From: Actinomycetota bacterium
GTDB taxonomy: Bacteria; Actinomycetota; Actinomycetes; Nanopelagicales; Nanopelagicaceae
Direction: 5' to 3'
Assembly (NCBI GenBank): GCA_947490845.1
Contig: CANLHI010000003.1
Span: 2,774 to 66,773 of the forward strand
Length of the DNA: 64,000 bases
The notes under the pieces are model-generated. The model searched no databases and was not told the origin of the DNA. It worked only from the letters and a program-made list of their open reading frames with translations. This document shows, in pieces, positions 61,762-64,000 of this stretch. A program made the position numbers and the translations under genes. Position 1 is the stretch's first letter; every line of letters starts with the position of its first letter.

Positions 61762-64000
61762 CAACGCCCGCTGCCAAATACGCCGCAGCAAAGAAGCGTT
61801 CGAAGTATCTAGTCACCGCTGATTTCATCTCTGAATTTGAATTCCCCTTCGATCAATTTCAAATTGATGCCTGCCATGCCGTTGAAAGCGGGCACGGAGT
61901 ATTAGTAGCTGCGCCAACCGGCGCTGGCAAAACGGTGGTCGGAGAATTTGCAGCTTATTTGGCGCTGCGAAATGGAAAGAAATGCTTCTACACAACCCCG
62001 ATTAAGGCACTCTCTAACCAAAAGTTTCAAGAGTTTGTGGCCCGCTTTGGTGAAGAGAGAGTTGGGCTTCTAACTGGTGAAACCAACATAAACTCGGAGG
62101 CAGATATCTTGGTGATGACGACCGAGGTGCTTCGTAACATGTTGTATGCCAATTCAAATACCTTGAGCAATTTAGGCTCAGTAGTAATGGATGAAGTGCA
62201 TTACTTGGCCGATAAATTTCGCGGCGCTGTTTGGGAAGAAGTTTTGATCCATCTGATGGAATCTGTCCAGGTGATTTCTCTATCTGCAACCGTTTCAAAT
62301 GCTGAAGAGTTCGGGGAATGGCTCGGAGAAGTGCGTGGACAGACCGATGTAATTCTCAGTGAGCATCGTCCAATCCCTTTGTATCAGCATGTTCTTATCA
62401 ATTCCAGCTTGATCGACCTCTTTAGCCAACCTGGAAAGATTAATCCTGAAATTCTGGCACTCGAGCGCGAGGCCATGCGCAAGGTGAGGATTCCGCGGAA
62501 TCGCCGTGAACAATGGGGCGCGCAGGAATCTCGCTTGTCTCGCGCTGAGATCATGGAGAAATTAAATCGTGAGAATCTCTTGCCAGCGATTACATTCATT
62601 TTCTCTCGCATGGGCTGTGATGCGGCCGTGAAGCAATGCTTAACTGCAGGCCTGAAATTAACTAATACTGAAGAACGCGCGGAAATTTTGGCAACTGCTT
62701 CTAGATACACCGCGAACTTGCCGGAGGAAGATTTAGAGGTGCTTGGCTATCGCGAGTGGATAACTGCGCTAGAACGCGGAATCGCTGCCCATCACGCAGG
62801 GTTGCTTCCTAGTTTTAAGAACGCAGTTGAAGATTTATTCCAGCGCGGCCTGGTAAAGGCTGTCTTTGCAACCGAGACTTTAGCACTTGGTATTAATATG
62901 CCGGCGCGTACTGTCGTTTTAGAGAAGTTAACGAAATGGAATGGCGAAGCACATGTACCGATTACTCCGGGGGAGTACACGCAGTTAACTGGTCGCGCTG
63001 GTCGCCGCGGAATCGATATTGAAGGAAACGCAGTAGTGCAATGGTCTCCAACCGTTGATTCGGCAACCGCGGCCGGCTTAGCATCAACTCGTACATATCC
63101 ACTGCGTTCATCGTTTACGCCGACTTACAACATGGCGATAAATCTCATCGCGCGTTTTGGTCGAGAGAGAGCTCACGGAAGTTTGGAATCATCTTTCGCG
63201 CAATTCCAGGCTGATCGAGCGGTAATAGGTCTCGTTAAGCAAATAAGGAAAAATCAGAGTGCGCGATTGGAACTAGTTGAAAGCGCTAAATGCCACCTGG
63301 GAGATTTCGAAGGATATGCAAAGTTGCGCTCTGAAACCAAAGAACTGGAAAAGTTGCTTTCTAAACGAGATGGCCGTCGCACCTTTGATAATCGCCAACG
63401 CGCGCATATGGAATCTGAAATTGATGGGCTAAGACGTGCCATGCGAAGCCACGCTTGCCATTCGTGTAATGATCGCGAAACCCATGCCCGCTTTGCCGAA
63501 CGAGCTGACCGAATTTCGCGCGAATCGGATGGACTTCGCGCGCGAGTTGAAAATCGTACAAATGTCATTGCTAAGACATTCGATCGCATCTGTGATGTTC
63601 TTACGCACCTGGGATATATCGAAGGTGAGAAACCGCTTCCGCAAGGGAAAATTCTGGCCAAGATTTACGCCGAATCTGATCTCTTACTAACTGAAACAAT
63701 CCGAAATGGGATTTTGGATAACTTGTCAGCGCCAGAACTTCTTGCAGTCGCTTCATCCATGATCTTTCAATCTCGCTCGCGTGATGATTTTGCACCAAAG
63801 ATGCCGCATCAGAATGTTACAGATGCGCTGTCGGAGATCATTCGTATTTGGGCAAAGTTAGAAGAGATCGAAAATGAATTTGATGTCAAAACCCAGAAGG
63901 AACCTGATTTCGGCTTTGTCTATATTTCATATCGCTGGGCGCAAGGTAACTCGCTATCTAATGTTTTAAAGGGCAGCGACATGTCAGTGGGCGACTTTGT
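61758..64000 (+). CDS. helY: Ski2-like DEAD/DEAH helicase HelY (runs off the window)
   Basis: Manual translation from ATG 61758 gives APTGAGKT, TTPIKALSNQK, MDEVHY, LSAT, HHAG and QLTGRAGRRG. Confidence 0.93.
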   Translation, partial: MTTPAAKYAAAKKRSKYLVTADFISEFEFPFDQFQIDACHAVESGHGVLVAAPTGAGKTVVGEFAAYLALRNGKKCFYTTPIKALSNQKFQEFVARFGEERVGLLTGETNINSEADILVMTTEVLRNMLYANSNTLSNLGSVVMDEVHYLADKFRGAVWEEVLIHLMESVQVISLSATVSNAEEFGEWLGEVRGQTDVILSEHRPIPLYQHVLINSSLIDLFSQPGKINPEILALEREAMRKVRIPRNRREQWGAQESRLSRAEIMEKLNRENLLPAITFIFSRMGCDAAVKQCLTAGLKLTNTEERAEILATASRYTANLPEEDLEVLGYREWITALERGIAAHHAGLLPSFKNAVEDLFQRGLVKAVFATETLALGINMPARTVVLEKLTKWNGEAHVPITPGEYTQLTGRAGRRGIDIEGNAVVQWSPTVDSATAAGLASTRTYPLRSSFTPTYNMAINLIARFGRERAHGSLESSFAQFQADRAVIGLVKQIRKNQSARLELVESAKCHLGDFEGYAKLRSETKELEKLLSKRDGRRTFDNRQRAHMESEIDGLRRAMRSHACHSCNDRETHARFAERADRISRESDGLRARVENRTNVIAKTFDRICDVLTHLGYIEGEKPLPQGKILAKIYAESDLLLTETIRNGILDNLSAPELLAVASSMIFQSRSRDDFAPKMPHQNVTDALSEIIRIWAKLEEIENEFDVKTQKEPDFGFVYISYRWAQGNSLSNVLKGSDMSVGDF

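Noticed and set aside
62014-63798. Small ORFs listed in the last 2 kb
   Set aside because: All overlap the helY reading frame, which the ORF track missed because it has no stop inside the window.

Overview
This is a densely packed core-genome segment, roughly 48-50% GC by eye, from a streamlined actinobacterium. The gene set, order and tiny intergenic spacers fit the freshwater acI lineage (Ca. Nanopelagicales, e.g. Planktophila); that assignment is an inference. Gene order: DUF349; hisS-aspS-alaS-ruvX-mltG; shikimate pathway genes; efp-nusB; a bldD-like regulator; the pyr operon with a PyrR-binding leader; an in-frame mIHF-guanylate kinase fusion; rpoZ-coaBC-metK-priA-def-fmt-rsmB-rpe-hisEG; serB; a salvage/membrane patch (ung, NCS2 permease, tdk, O-acetyltransferase, apt) beside tRNA-Leu(GAG); the phosphatase/DUF3090/kinase/mshC cluster; PAC2; metH; a Cas4/RecB-like nuclease; trmI; pafBC; tatAC; a lipid kinase; and helY (truncated). 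I saw no mobile elements, prophage or CRISPR array. The most notable points are: (1) the nucleoid-protein/GMP-kinase fusion; (2) the absence of the Pup-proteasome genes from their usual position while pafBC, a PafBC-type promoter and PAC2 remain; (3) a BldD homolog with an intact c-di-GMP motif; (4) about 20 genes with a -10 box 6-8 nt before the start codon, suggesting widespread leaderless transcription.
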